DNA of 63,848 bases, the filler included, from Globobulimina sp. (lineage: Eukaryota): NCBI GenBank assembly GCA_003354225.1. It is 42 parts of 42 records of this genome, joined end to end, with 100 filler letters (N's around TTAATTAATTAA, not from the genome) between each part and the next. Parts side by side here need not be neighbours in the genome. Positions count along the whole stretch, not along the records: positions 1 to 1,424 come from PIVH01016894.1; positions 1,525 to 2,948 come from PIVH01016895.1; positions 3,049 to 4,472 come from PIVH01016896.1; positions 4,573 to 5,996 come from PIVH01016897.1; positions 6,097 to 7,519 come from PIVH01016898.1; positions 7,620 to 9,042 come from PIVH01016899.1; positions 9,143 to 10,565 come from PIVH01016900.1; 35 more parts are not named here. One strand, written 5' to 3'. The notes beneath the pieces are model-generated. The model was given only the letters and a program-made list of their open reading frames with translations. It had not been told where the DNA came from and searched no databases. Below, in pieces: positions 1-10,665 of this stretch; within the stretch, counting starts at the first letter, position 1, and each line of letters opens with the position of its first letter. The translations under genes and the position numbers were made by a program.

Positions 1-1
1 A

Positions 2-1208
2 CAGAATGCAATTGAATGCAAATTTAATATATTACAAGAGAATCTGTTTCGTATTGAGACTGAGAATAAGATGTATCGGATGCAGTTATCTGATGGTTCA
101 GACCCGTTATCTGAGATTTTATCCTCGTTATATGTGACCACCATTGACATGTACGTTAGTGTTTGAGTTTGCTATTTACATTTATTACTAATCTACATCT
201 TCAATACTTAGGCACATTGGAGGCGAACCATTGCGTATCGTTGTCGGTGGCATTCCTGCCTTGAATGGGGAGACCTTGCTACAAAAGAGACAATCAATGA
301 TATCGTCTTATGATTATTATAGGAAATTTTTAATGCATGAACCGCGCGGTCATTTTGATATGTACGGCGTAATAATAGTACCCGCTGATGATAAATATAA
401 ATCCGAGGCGGATTTTGCTGTGTTATTTATGCACAACGAGGGATATTCATCAATGTGCGGACATGCTATCATAGGATTGGGCCGATACGCAATTGATTTC
501 GGTTTAGTAAAGAATAAGAATAAGAATGATAATATAGTTCGTATACAGTGTCCTTGTGGCATTGTAACGGTGAATGTGGAAATTGATAAGAAAACGAATA
601 AATCCACTGGTAATGTATCATTTATTTCAGCTCCCGGATGGGCCGAATACATATCAACATCGATACAATTGGATCAATTTGGTAAAATTGAGATTGATAT
701 CGGTTATGGTGGTGCCTATTACGTAATATGTCCATCCACAAGATTTAATTTAAATGTCCATTCGCCAATCGATGACATAATCAATATATCAACGTTAATT
801 AAACAAACAGTAATAAAGAAATTGTCATTGTCCAATCCAGACAGTTCGGATTTAGAATTTTTATATGGTACGATATTAACTGATGGTATAAATTCAGTAA
901 ATGAATCATCTGCGAATGTGTGCGTTTTTGCAGACAGACAAGTGGATCGTTGTCCCACTGGTTCTGGTGTCATTGCAAGATTAGCTGTTGATTTTGCTAA
1001 GAAAAATATAAAAATGGGACAAAAAAGAAAATTTATTGGCAAAACTGGTTCTATATTTACAGGGGAGATTGTTAAAGTGATACAAAATTATAAGGATAAA
1101 AAAAATGCGGTTGTGGTAAGAGTTACAGGATCTGCCAAATATATTGGAAGATCTCAATTTTATTTAGAAGACGGTGACGAATTAGGCAGAGGCTTTTTGT
1201 TGAAATAA
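2..1208 (+). CDS. L3HYPDH: Proline racemase family, trans-3-hydroxy-L-proline dehydratase type; intron 151-211; frame open to the contig start (possible ATG at 71)
   Basis: Splicing GTACGT..TTAG restores VTTIDMHIGGEPLR; motifs EPRGHFDMYG, YSSMCGH and DRCPTGSG give a Cys/Thr catalytic pair. Confidence 0.85.
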
Positions 1209-1424
1209 CATCAGACTAACCCATACTTAGCAACTCTTTCCGTAATTTCACTATATCAGATAGAGTGACTAGACATTTTGAACATGTCAGCTGAAGAAAC
1301 AAGCATACAATTAAAATACCAACATGCATTGTCGACAAACGACTTACGAGAAACTAGAAAGCAAAATGTTGCGAGATTGACCCAAATAAAAACATGTGTA
1401 ACTAATATAAAATGTAAATTACAT

Positions 1425-1524
1425 NNNNNNNNNNNNNNNNNNNNNNNNNNNNNNNNNNNNNNNNNNNNTTAATTAATTAANNNNNNNNNNNNNNNNNNNN
1501 NNNNNNNNNNNNNNNNNNNNNNNN
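1425..1524. other. Artificial contig spacer N44-TTAATTAATTAA-N44 (first of 41, recurring every ~1521-1524 bp)
   Basis: Identical 100-bp spacer with stops in all six frames; contig lengths fall from 1424 to 1421 bp. ORFs ending in XXX..LIN are truncated by it. Confidence 0.99.
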
Positions 1525-1551
1525 AAAAAAAAAAGTGGTCATATTGAAAAA

Positions 1552-2948
1552 GTGGTCATAGCGTCTGCATCTTATCCGATACACCACTGTATCGTATATG
1601 ACGCCGTACCGACTATGTATGCCCAAGCTTGGCAAAAATACCACAAACCATACTACATTTATTTGAATAACGACGATATCTTACAAAATGAACAAGGATT
1701 AGGACAAGGAAGCACTTCTTCGTCCGTATTATCCAATGTTGTATCAAAAAAATTCAATGAAACGGTGCTAAGTAAATGTATCGAAATAAAACCTGATTTC
1801 AAGAAAAAAGGTGAAGCCGGCTATGTCGACGACACTTTTGAACTATTAAAAATCTGCGATGCCAATCTCATTATTAAATTGGTAAAAAAAATCGGACCGA
1901 TCTTTGGGTTCCACCTAAATAACTCAAAAAGTATCATAACTTGCGGTGGGAACAAAGATATGATTTGGGACCAATTATCCGATGATTTAAAACAATTTAA
2001 AGTTAATCAATATGGAAATTCAGAGTGTCTGAACGTACCCATTGGCTCTGACGATTATATAATCAATAAAATGAAAATAAAATTAGATAAACTCATAAAA
2101 ACCATCAACAAAGTCGCATCTTTGGAAGTGGCACATATCCAATACAAAGTTATGAAGGATTTTCTCAATATTTCAAATGTAATATATTGGCTCAGAACAT
2201 TGCCGCCGTACATAAGTATACAAATTGCGAGAATTTATGATCAACAATTACGCGAATTATGCACTTTAATGTTTGGTTTCATATTAAACGATGTCGAATA
2301 TTTACAATGCAGTCTATCTACAAAAAAAGCCGGATTAGGTATGCGCACCGCGACCGATAAAATAAGCGCGATCTATTTGCCAGCAATTTTTGCAGCGAAA
2401 ACGATTTGTAAACGATTGATTTCATCGGATATATATTTAACACATATGAAAATTGTGCAGCAACGCATTGAATATTCACTTTCTATGTACAACACATCTG
2501 TAAATTCGCGCTATAACATACAAACATTTGACAGCGCCGTACATACAACCAAATGGATGATAAATGCCATCCAAGCAAAACAATTAAATTATTTACTCAG
2601 TACATCCACTGGCAAAGCTAAAGCAGCATTGCAATCGCAGTGTAATCGAAACTCAAACGCTTGGCTTAATGCCCCAATGATCACTGGCTATGGAATGGTT
2701 TACAGCAATCCTGAGCTACGCATTTTGATTAAACGCAAATTGAGACATATTTTAGTAATAAATAACGAAAAATGCATGTCTTGCAATGAAAAGGTTGACA
2801 AATACGGTGACCACGGAATAATATGCAAACATGGCACCGGTATCATTTATAAGCATGATTTGATCGTTAACGCCGTCTCCAAATTATTGGATGCTGCGGA
2901 CATAAAACATTCAATCGAATTGCGACATATGTTTAATAATAATCAGAT
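1552..2948 (+). mobile_element. CRE-like non-LTR retrotransposon ORF (RT C-terminal half and CCHC zinc knuckle), partial
   Basis: GLGQG, YVDD, GFHLNNSKS, KKAGLGMR, NAWL and CMSC-x-DKYGDH-x-C-x-KHD match the CRE-type RT followed by the zinc knuckle that precedes a restriction-like endonuclease. Confidence 0.85.
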
Positions 2949-3206
2949 NNNNNNNNNNNNNNNNNNNNNNNNNNNNNNNNNNNNNNNNNNNNTTAATTAA
3001 TTAANNNNNNNNNNNNNNNNNNNNNNNNNNNNNNNNNNNNNNNNNNNNATTCAATTCAACTGTTCATTCACAAATTCAATTCTTTGAAAAATTGGGTGGT
3101 AAAGAAAAAAGTAACACAAAATCATCAAGGTTTATACGAAAACTGAGCATTTTTCTAGCTCCTATTGTAGTAATTATTGTTTGAAAGCTTTTGATATATA
3201 AATGTT

Positions 3207-3734
3207 TTGAGTGATGTTTTAATACGCAGACAATATCAACAGTTTATATCATTGTATATGACTCATAAATCGATCTATATTGATCATGTGAGCAGTGATG
3301 ATGAGACTGCAGTCGAATCCACAGTGGGCCCCATCGTTTGTTGTGATTATAATAAATCATTGTTTCAAAGGATAACATTACCGAAACAGTTACCAAAATC
3401 GTCCATTGTTTATGACGGAATGGATGAGCATTTCACAGCCAATGATGAACCTGAATTCATAAATATGATGAAAATAAAAGCGTATAAACTATTTAAAAAA
3501 TACATAGCAGTCGGAATTCAATACCAAGTGAATATAAGTTATAGCACACGGAGACGCATTGAGAAATGTATTGGTAGCTATGACGCCTTTTTATTAAATG
3601 ATGATATTACATTGAATGATTTATTGTTCTTATTTGACAAATGTATTGAAGAGATATATTCATTAATGAATGACTCATTCAATCGGTTTAGTTCTACTCC
3701 AGAATTCCAAAATTTATATCAATTATTAAACTAA
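3207..3734 (+). CDS. RGS (regulator of G-protein signalling) domain protein, 3' part
   Basis: LFKKYI..QVNISY and LFDKCIEEIYSLMNDSFNRF are RGS hallmarks. Confidence 0.8.
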   Translation: MSDVLIRRQYQQFISLYMTHKSIYIDHVSSDDETAVESTVGPIVCCDYNKSLFQRITLPKQLPKSSIVYDGMDEHFTANDEPEFINMMKIKAYKLFKKYIAVGIQYQVNISYSTRRRIEKCIGSYDAFLLNDDITLNDLLFLFDKCIEEIYSLMNDSFNRFSSTPEFQNLYQLLN

Positions 3735-3814
3735 TTATAACATTGACCAATTTGGACAGTATCCTTGCACTCTTTGTTTATAGCGTTTTTACTCGAATTT
3801 AGCCACTCTTTACC

Positions 3815-4472
3815 ATGTCTTCGTGTCATCGCCAAGGCATTTTCTCACGTCTCGATGGTTGTATGTTTGGATTTTATTCAGATGATGAAATCAGGAAACT
3901 ATCAGCCGTTGAAATTAAAGAAATGAAAGGCTTATCAGTGTTGTCATTGGGCGAACCGAATGGTTTACACGATCCAAGAATGGGCACATTATCAAGCAAA
4001 CAGCCAGAAGCATGCCAGACATGCGCAGGATCACATTGGTCCTGTCCCGGCCACATTGGCCACATTGAATTAGCAGTGCAGATTTACAATCCGGCAATAT
4101 TTAAGTTTGTAGATGCTATTCTCACACGAAAATGTTACAATTGCCATCAATTATTATTTGATGATACTTACATCAAAGTCATTCATCATAAATTGGAAAC
4201 AATTGATAATGGATACCTCTTTAACATTAATTCTGTTCAGAAGCAAATAATCAAATTACAAGCTCTTACCAAAGATGCAAAAGACAAGAAAAAAAATAAA
4301 AAACGTAATGGCAAAAACGAAAACGATTCAGATTCTGATGCTGAGTTAGCAATTGATGTCGTGTCTGATATGCAATCCTCTGACGATGACAGCATTAATA
4401 GTTCTAATTCGCAACACACTGAAACTGAAAAGAAAAATGCTGCCTCATCCAAAATCAACTTAGATTTTTTAG
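3815..4472 (+). CDS. RPA1: RNA polymerase largest subunit N-terminus, most likely Pol I; truncated by contig end
   Basis: FGFYSDDEIRKLS, GLHDPRMG, CQTC..CPGHIGHIELAVQIYNP and CYNCH clamp zinc motifs. Confidence 0.8.
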
Positions 4473-4572
4473 NNNNNNNNNNNNNNNNNNNNNNNNNNNN
4501 NNNNNNNNNNNNNNNNTTAATTAATTAANNNNNNNNNNNNNNNNNNNNNNNNNNNNNNNNNNNNNNNNNNNN

Positions 4573-4785
4573 GAGATATGGAGCGATAATTTTTACTGCA
4601 AATGGCCGGATTTGGGTAGTTCCCAAGCAATCAACGATTTTTTCTTGCAGCAGAATAAAACTGCAAATAAACGGATATATGTGCATGTGACTGATGCGAC
4701 GGACAGAGATCAGATAGAAAAGGTATTCTGGGATGTTCAAGATATTGTTATACGGTCAAATCTTAAACGCGGTGGCTTTGTGTAA
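4573..4785 (+). CDS. Heterotrimeric G-protein alpha subunit, C-terminus (absent from the ORF track)
   Basis: Manual translation gives ...KRIYVHVTDATDRDQIEKVFWDVQDIVIRSNLKRGGFV*, i.e. the G5 box and alpha5 helix. Confidence 0.85.
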   Translation, partial: EIWSDNFYCKWPDLGSSQAINDFFLQQNKTANKRIYVHVTDATDRDQIEKVFWDVQDIVIRSNLKRGGFV

Positions 4786-4930
4786 TTATGTGTGCGCTCT
4801 TTTTTTGTTTTGAATGTTAGCTTTCATATTGATGACTTTACAACGGTTTTACAAGTCAAGTTTTTGTAAGTTTAATTTTTCGTAATCCTTAAAAGAAAGC
4901 TAAACTAGCAAAGTATAATCGAAATTACAT

Positions 4931-5996
4931 ATGAATCATTATTATCCACACAACCATTGTAACGGGCCACGACAAACACAACAGAGTACAGAACACATGA
5001 CGCAAAAAAAATATTTTAATCATCCATTTAAGAATATTTCAAATGTAACCAACCTCGTGAATAATAACCATAATCATAATCATCATAAAAATAGGCAATA
5101 TTCATTCAAATTTGAGCATATTATCGATTCCGTTTTTTCAAGTGACAATAAGGGCAATAATGGCATACCGCAACAATATTCAAATCGGCTGTTTTTAGGA
5201 AATCAAGCTTCACCTTCCATCAAATTGCATGTTAAGTATACGAAATATCTGTGAAATGTATATAAAAGTACAAAAATAATAAAAAATCACTCAGTTTCAA
5301 AAGAAATATCATTCACGAAATCATCGACATAGTGGAAGCGGAGGAATATCAATTCCCGAGGACTTATATCAAGAAATGAAGTCACTGCAATCGCAAATAT
5401 TAAATTTATTGTCATATGAATATAATAACAACGCTAATATTAATAGCCACAAAAATAGGAAAAAAATAATTGATATTCATACTGTATACTTACAAAAGAA
5501 TGAGTGTTTAGGAATATTAATTTACTACGAATATAACCATAAATACAATAATAACCTATTAAATATATTTAATAAATATTTCAATGTTGTTGAGTTTATT
5601 GATAATCACTGTTATAAATATTGGCAATGTCCAAATGTTCAATGTCAACATCGATTAAATAAAATCAAGAATATAAAAGAATCTATATTTTTTTGTGAAA
5701 AATGCAAATTTGACTTTACATTCCATCATAATCCAAATAATCATTACCATATTTCCTTCAATAATTCATCCAATGGCAAATCAACAAAAACAAACGCTTT
5801 AAACAACAAAAAATTTCGATCATGTATTAAATACAGATTTTTATCATTCCAACACATAAATAATAATAATGTAACGACAATGAATTTGTTTCACGAAATG
5901 TCTCATCCAAAATTCCAACAATTAACCATCACACAACAAAAGCACCGAAAGCATCAAAATAAAGAAATCGAAACAGAAAAAAACAAGGAAGTATCC
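4931..5996 (+). CDS. Asn/His-rich hypothetical protein with a putative C4 zinc ribbon; intron 5231-5294
   Basis: A phase-0 GTTAAG..TCAG intron joins the two ORFs in frame; WQCPNVQC...CEKC motif. Confidence 0.5.
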
Positions 5997-6096
5997 NNNN
6001 NNNNNNNNNNNNNNNNNNNNNNNNNNNNNNNNNNNNNNNNTTAATTAATTAANNNNNNNNNNNNNNNNNNNNNNNNNNNNNNNNNNNNNNNNNNNN

Positions 6097-7260
6097 GGTA
6101 ACAATTGAATTTTAGGAAAACTATGAGACTTTCTGTATAACCGATCAGTTATAGTATATTGCGATTAAATTACCTGAAAAGATACTATGATTTGGATGAA
6201 GTTCAACCCAAAATATTACCATTTAACTTTTTTTATGCAAAACTTATCGAATTTAACTAAAATATATTAGTTTACACCTCAGATAAAGATATTTTCACAA
6301 TAAAATGGAGATATTTTTATTATTTATAGACCTTATTACCAAATTTTTTCATGAAAGTTTACATCACTTTAATGATTTCCGGTTCACTTTTCTAATATTC
6401 AGCAGAAATAATGGTGTTTTTGCGAAACATTGTCCCAAACAATGCGTTTCAATGCACAAATCGCGTAAAATTTGCGATTTCTGACCGAAAATAAGTTAAA
6501 AACCTACTATGGACAAACTCCACCTAAAAAAAAGGGGGGGGGTTTGTGCACGCCTTCAGCGTACCCATAGAAATTTTAGATTTCTGGCCAAAAAAATATG
6601 TAAAAAAATCCAACTATGGACAAGTTAAATATAACCCAAAACCGCCACTATAACATTTCAGAGCGCAAGTTCTACTAATGTAAATAGTCGGAAACCAGTT
6701 TACCTTATGTTTCGATATGGGCATTAAAATTTAACTGGCCTAGGCTGGTTTTACTCCCTTTTAAAAAGGTAGCGATTACGGCGATAAAGGTATTTAACCT
6801 TAATTTTTGAAGACGATATGTAAAATATTGTTATGTGGCGGGTTAACATGTGACGAAGTCAAACTAGGTGACGAAGTCTCGAATGAGAAGTTATTGTCGA
6901 TAGCGAATAATGATAAGTTATATAATTTAAATGTAACATTACATACCATTTCAGAGTGTAAGTTCTAGTAATGTAAATAGCCGGAGACCAGTTTATACCA
7001 TGTTTTGATATTCATGTTCAGTGCAAATGTTGCCCTTTTTCACCGTTTTTATGTAAAATCACGGGTAACAAACGAATTTTAGGAAAAACTACGAGACTTC
7101 TGTATAATCGAACAGTTATAATATATCCCGGTTAAATTACCTGAAAAGATACAACGATATGGATGAAATTCAACCAAAAATATCCCCATTTACTATTTTT
7201 AATGCAAAACTTAACGAATTTAACTAAAGTAAGTTAAAAACCTCACTATGGACAAACCCT
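6097..7260. repeat. Diverged dispersed direct repeats (about 6097-6260 vs 7064-7228; 6653-6717 vs 6946-7011; 6492-6519 vs 7230-7258)
   Basis: Direct visual alignment of the segments; contig has no long ORFs. Confidence 0.8.
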
Positions 7261-7339
7261 GACTAGCGACCAAAATGTGAAACAGGTTCAGTCACTTAAT
7301 TTACACGCTTAAACATATAGAATTAAATCCCAATTTTAC

Positions 7340-7519
7340 CGGCTATAGGTGGCGCAACAGTCGCCATCGTCGAAAAGGGGCGGAGCCTCGAAAATCCCCC
7401 CACTATGGGCACGCCTAAGGCGTGCGCAAACCCCTCGTCGAGGGGTTTGCCCATAGTGGGGGATTTTCGAGGCTCCGCCCCCTTTTCGACGATGGCGGTT
7501 GCTGCGCCACCTATAGCCG
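7340..7519. repeat. GC-rich T-shaped palindrome: ~69-bp stem with two internal hairpin arms
   Basis: 7340-7408 pairs with 7451-7519; arms are GCACGCCT-A-AGGCGTGC (7409-7425) and GCAAACCCCTCG-T-CGAGGGGTTTGC (7426-7450). Confidence 0.95.
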
Positions 7520-7619
7520 NNNNNNNNNNNNNNNNNNNNNNNNNNNNNNNNNNNNNNNNNNNNTTAATTAATTAANNNNNNNNNNNNNNNNNNNNNNNNN
7601 NNNNNNNNNNNNNNNNNNN

Positions 7620-8008
7620 GTTAATGGCATCATGCTAGCGACTAATCCAGAAATCAGACCAAACCAGAGAAAAATCCTTGGTAATCCAAATTTGTGAAAC
7701 AACCAACTAGCTGGCAGACATGAAATAATTGCCCCCAAAGCAGGTGCAGACAATAAAGTGCTTTCTTGAGTATCACTCCAATGAAATGTATGTTTACATG
7801 AATAGTTTGACAAATTAAAAGTGATATTTAGAGGAAATTGTTTTCTCATACAATTTTTGGAAAAATTGAACAACACCATATTGCAAAGAATAAAAGCAAG
7901 ACATAAAGTTGTTAAAATTAAAACAATGTAACGCCCATTCAGTGACATTATAAATAAAAGAGTAGTAAAAGAACGAGAAGAGTTTAGAACTACAGATTCT
8001 TTATACAA
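7620..8008 (-). CDS. MFS transporter (SLC17-like, nematode-style) N-terminal part
   Basis: RYIVLILTTLCL..NMVLFNF..CM, WSDTQESTLLSAPALG and FHKFGLPRIF resemble nematode MFS families. Confidence 0.7.
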
Positions 8009-8280
8009 AACTTATTATCTTTAATCATAAGACCATCTCACATGTATTAACTTTATGTCACAATGCCACAATTTTCTATAATCCAGTATTCCTAAAAAGT
8101 AGTAAAATTTATTTTTTGCTTGTCTATTCGACGTCTAGTTCTAAAACCTGTTTTATCCAGGTCGCCTAGGTAAACTAACATTGATCTACAGCTCAAATTT
8201 TGTTAAATGATGCAAAGCAACAATGGCATACGTAGAAACACAAAAGTGGTAATAATACTAATAAATTGGTAATAATAATT

Positions 8281-8700
8281 ATATCATTGATACCAAATCA
8301 TTTATAATCATTTAGCATTGAATCATTAAATTGTGAAGGATGAAAATAATGATTCATATCATTGGTAAATAATCATCTATAGTCATTCAGCATTGAATCA
8401 TTAAATGGCGAAGGATGAAAATAATGATTCATATCATTCGTAAATAATCATTTATAGTCATTCGCATTGAATCAATGAATGGCGAAGGATGAAAATAATG
8501 ATTCATATCATTGGTAAATAATTATTTATATTCATTCAGCATTGAATCATTAAATGGCGAAGAATGAAAATAATGATTCATATCATTGGTAAATAATCAT
8601 TTATAGTCATTCAGCATTGAATCGTTAAATGGCAAAGGATGAAAATAATGATTCATATCATTGGTACCTAATCTTTTATAATCATTCAGCATTGAATCGG
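8281..8700. repeat. 75-bp tandem repeat, ~5.6 copies
   Basis: ATATCATT recurs at 8281, 8356, 8431, 8505, 8580 and 8655. Confidence 0.95.
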
Positions 8701-8958
8701 AGGCTTCCGAGAATCCTCAGAAGGAATTGGAGCCTTCCAAGAATTCTCGGAAGTAAATGGGGGCTTCCGAGAATCCACGGAAGGAATCGGTGGGCTTCCG
8801 AGAATCCATTGAAGGAATCGGGTGGATTCCGAGAATCCTCGGAAGAAATCGGGGGGCTTCCGAGAATCATCGGAAGGAATTGGGGCCTTCCGAGAATCCA
8901 CGGAAGGAATGGGCATGTTTCCGAGAATCCACGGAAGGACTTGGGGGCATCTGAGAAT
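8701..8958. repeat. 30-31-bp minisatellite with a palindromic core, ~8-9 copies
   Basis: Unit approximately GGCTTCCGAGAATCCTCGGAAGGAATCGGG; CTTCCGAG and CTCGGAAG are inverted. Confidence 0.95.
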
Positions 8959-9181
8959 AATTTTGAACTTAAAACAGGTTGTGCATTGTGATTAGGTAGA
9001 CTAATTGTGCATACTGATTTAGTAATGTAATAAATCTAATTTNNNNNNNNNNNNNNNNNNNNNNNNNNNNNNNNNNNNNNNNNNNNTTAATTAATTAANN
9101 NNNNNNNNNNNNNNNNNNNNNNNNNNNNNNNNNNNNNNNNNNATTGGCGCCAGTTAGGCATGGACAGTTGGTCATTAATTA

Positions 9182-10561
9182 TCATTTATATATCCAATCC
9201 TTATCCCTTAACCACTCCTCTACAAAGAAATAATCAATATCTTCAGCATCTTCAGCATTGTCGGTACCGTGTTTACGATCTTTTGCATTCTCTATACAAT
9301 CGGCAACATAGTATTGATTCTTCACAAATTTCCATATAGCACCATTATAACGCAAGCTGTAACTGATCTCCGGTTGGACTCCTTTATCTTCCGCAACAGT
9401 ACGTATATCTTTATTCCATCTATATACCTTATTGGCTCGATCCTTCATGATGTCTCTTTTGTCTTTTGGCAAATCATGTCTGATTCCAAAATTGGTGTAC
9501 CAACGTTTTTCATCATTCTGGAAATAACCATTAAGTGATTCGGGGATGGGACGATCCTTGGCATGACTACGATAGTACTCGATGACAAGTCTTGCAGACC
9601 TTTCATTATTAAAAGTTACTTTTGTCAATCGTTTGAGATCTTCTCTTGGTCTACCGAGTCGCACAACATCACGGATTTCGCTATCCCAGATCGTGACACC
9701 GCCTTCGGGCACAAGACCATCAATAAATTTCATTATTAAACAATTATCTTCAATGACGGAGTGAGTTTCCGGTAAACGAGAAAAGATCAGCACTTTATTT
9801 AAGTCTAGTTCGTTTGCCATGGATTTGACAGAAGCCTTGATGGTATTAGACATGGCTGTGGGCATTTCTAAGTTCTTTTTAACAATCGCAGCATATGATT
9901 TGGTGAAGGTGTCAGACGAAGCTTTAATGTCTTTAAGCTGTAAACCAATGTCGGTAATGACAGACGATAGGGAAGCAAACTTGGACTCAAATTCGTCCTT
10001 TAGTACGTTAATAGAACATTCATTGGTAGAAGAATCGATAATAGTAGGGGATGCGTTGTTAAGGTCAATTGACGATTTCATTTTCTTAATTTGCAAACCA
10101 ATATCCACAATAGCCGACGATAGAGATGCAGTTTCGGACTTAAAATCATTCTTTAATTCGGTGATAGCAGCAACACTGTTAGTGTCAACTGTATTACGAT
10201 AAGCCTGAGCAAGAATTGAGGGAAAATCAACCTTGCTACTAGGAGCCTGGGCAACCATTGAAGAAAAGGGATGAGAATGACGTCGACTGGTCATATCATT
10301 GGTACATTTTTGACAAATATATTTCCAGCGATTGGGATGAGACGTACCCGTCGTACTTCTACTGGCTTCCGTTGACATCACTTTTTCATAAAATTTATTG
10401 ATTTTTTTCTCCATATTGGTACCTGGAAGTATTCCTTGACAGGGAAATGACTTGAAGGCACATTTAGCGCAAATCCAGTACGCACAACCAATACAACTAA
10501 TCCACTTGTTCTTGGTAACACTACCGGTATAATTGCAAATCGCACACCTGTCATCGGCCAT
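9182..10561 (-). mobile_element. Putative non-LTR retrotransposon ORF1 protein (PHD-like finger, coiled coil, RRM/CTD-like), CR1/L2 style
   Basis: CAIC..WISCIGCAYWICAKC..ICQKC finger; SYAAIVKK; LIFSRLPE; VVRLGR..RLTKVTF; IRHDLP. Confidence 0.65.
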
Positions 10562-10665
10562 CGGCNNNNNNNNNNNNNNNNNNNNNNNNNNNNNNNNNNN
10601 NNNNNNNNNTTAATTAATTAANNNNNNNNNNNNNNNNNNNNNNNNNNNNNNNNNNNNNNNNNNNN

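Noticed and set aside
1552-2948. Prokaryotic RT system (retron, DGR or defence RT)
   Set aside because: The RT is followed by CRE-type AWL and zinc-knuckle motifs; no ncRNA, template repeat or operon context is visible.
3207-4785. RGS and G-alpha gene cluster
   Set aside because: They lie on different contigs separated by a linker, so the adjacency is accidental.
8701-8958. CRISPR array with palindromic repeats
   Set aside because: Intervening segments are only ~10 bp and similar to each other, there are no cas genes, and the context is eukaryotic.
8629-8991. ORFs over the minisatellite
   Set aside because: Open in several frames on both strands because of repeat periodicity.
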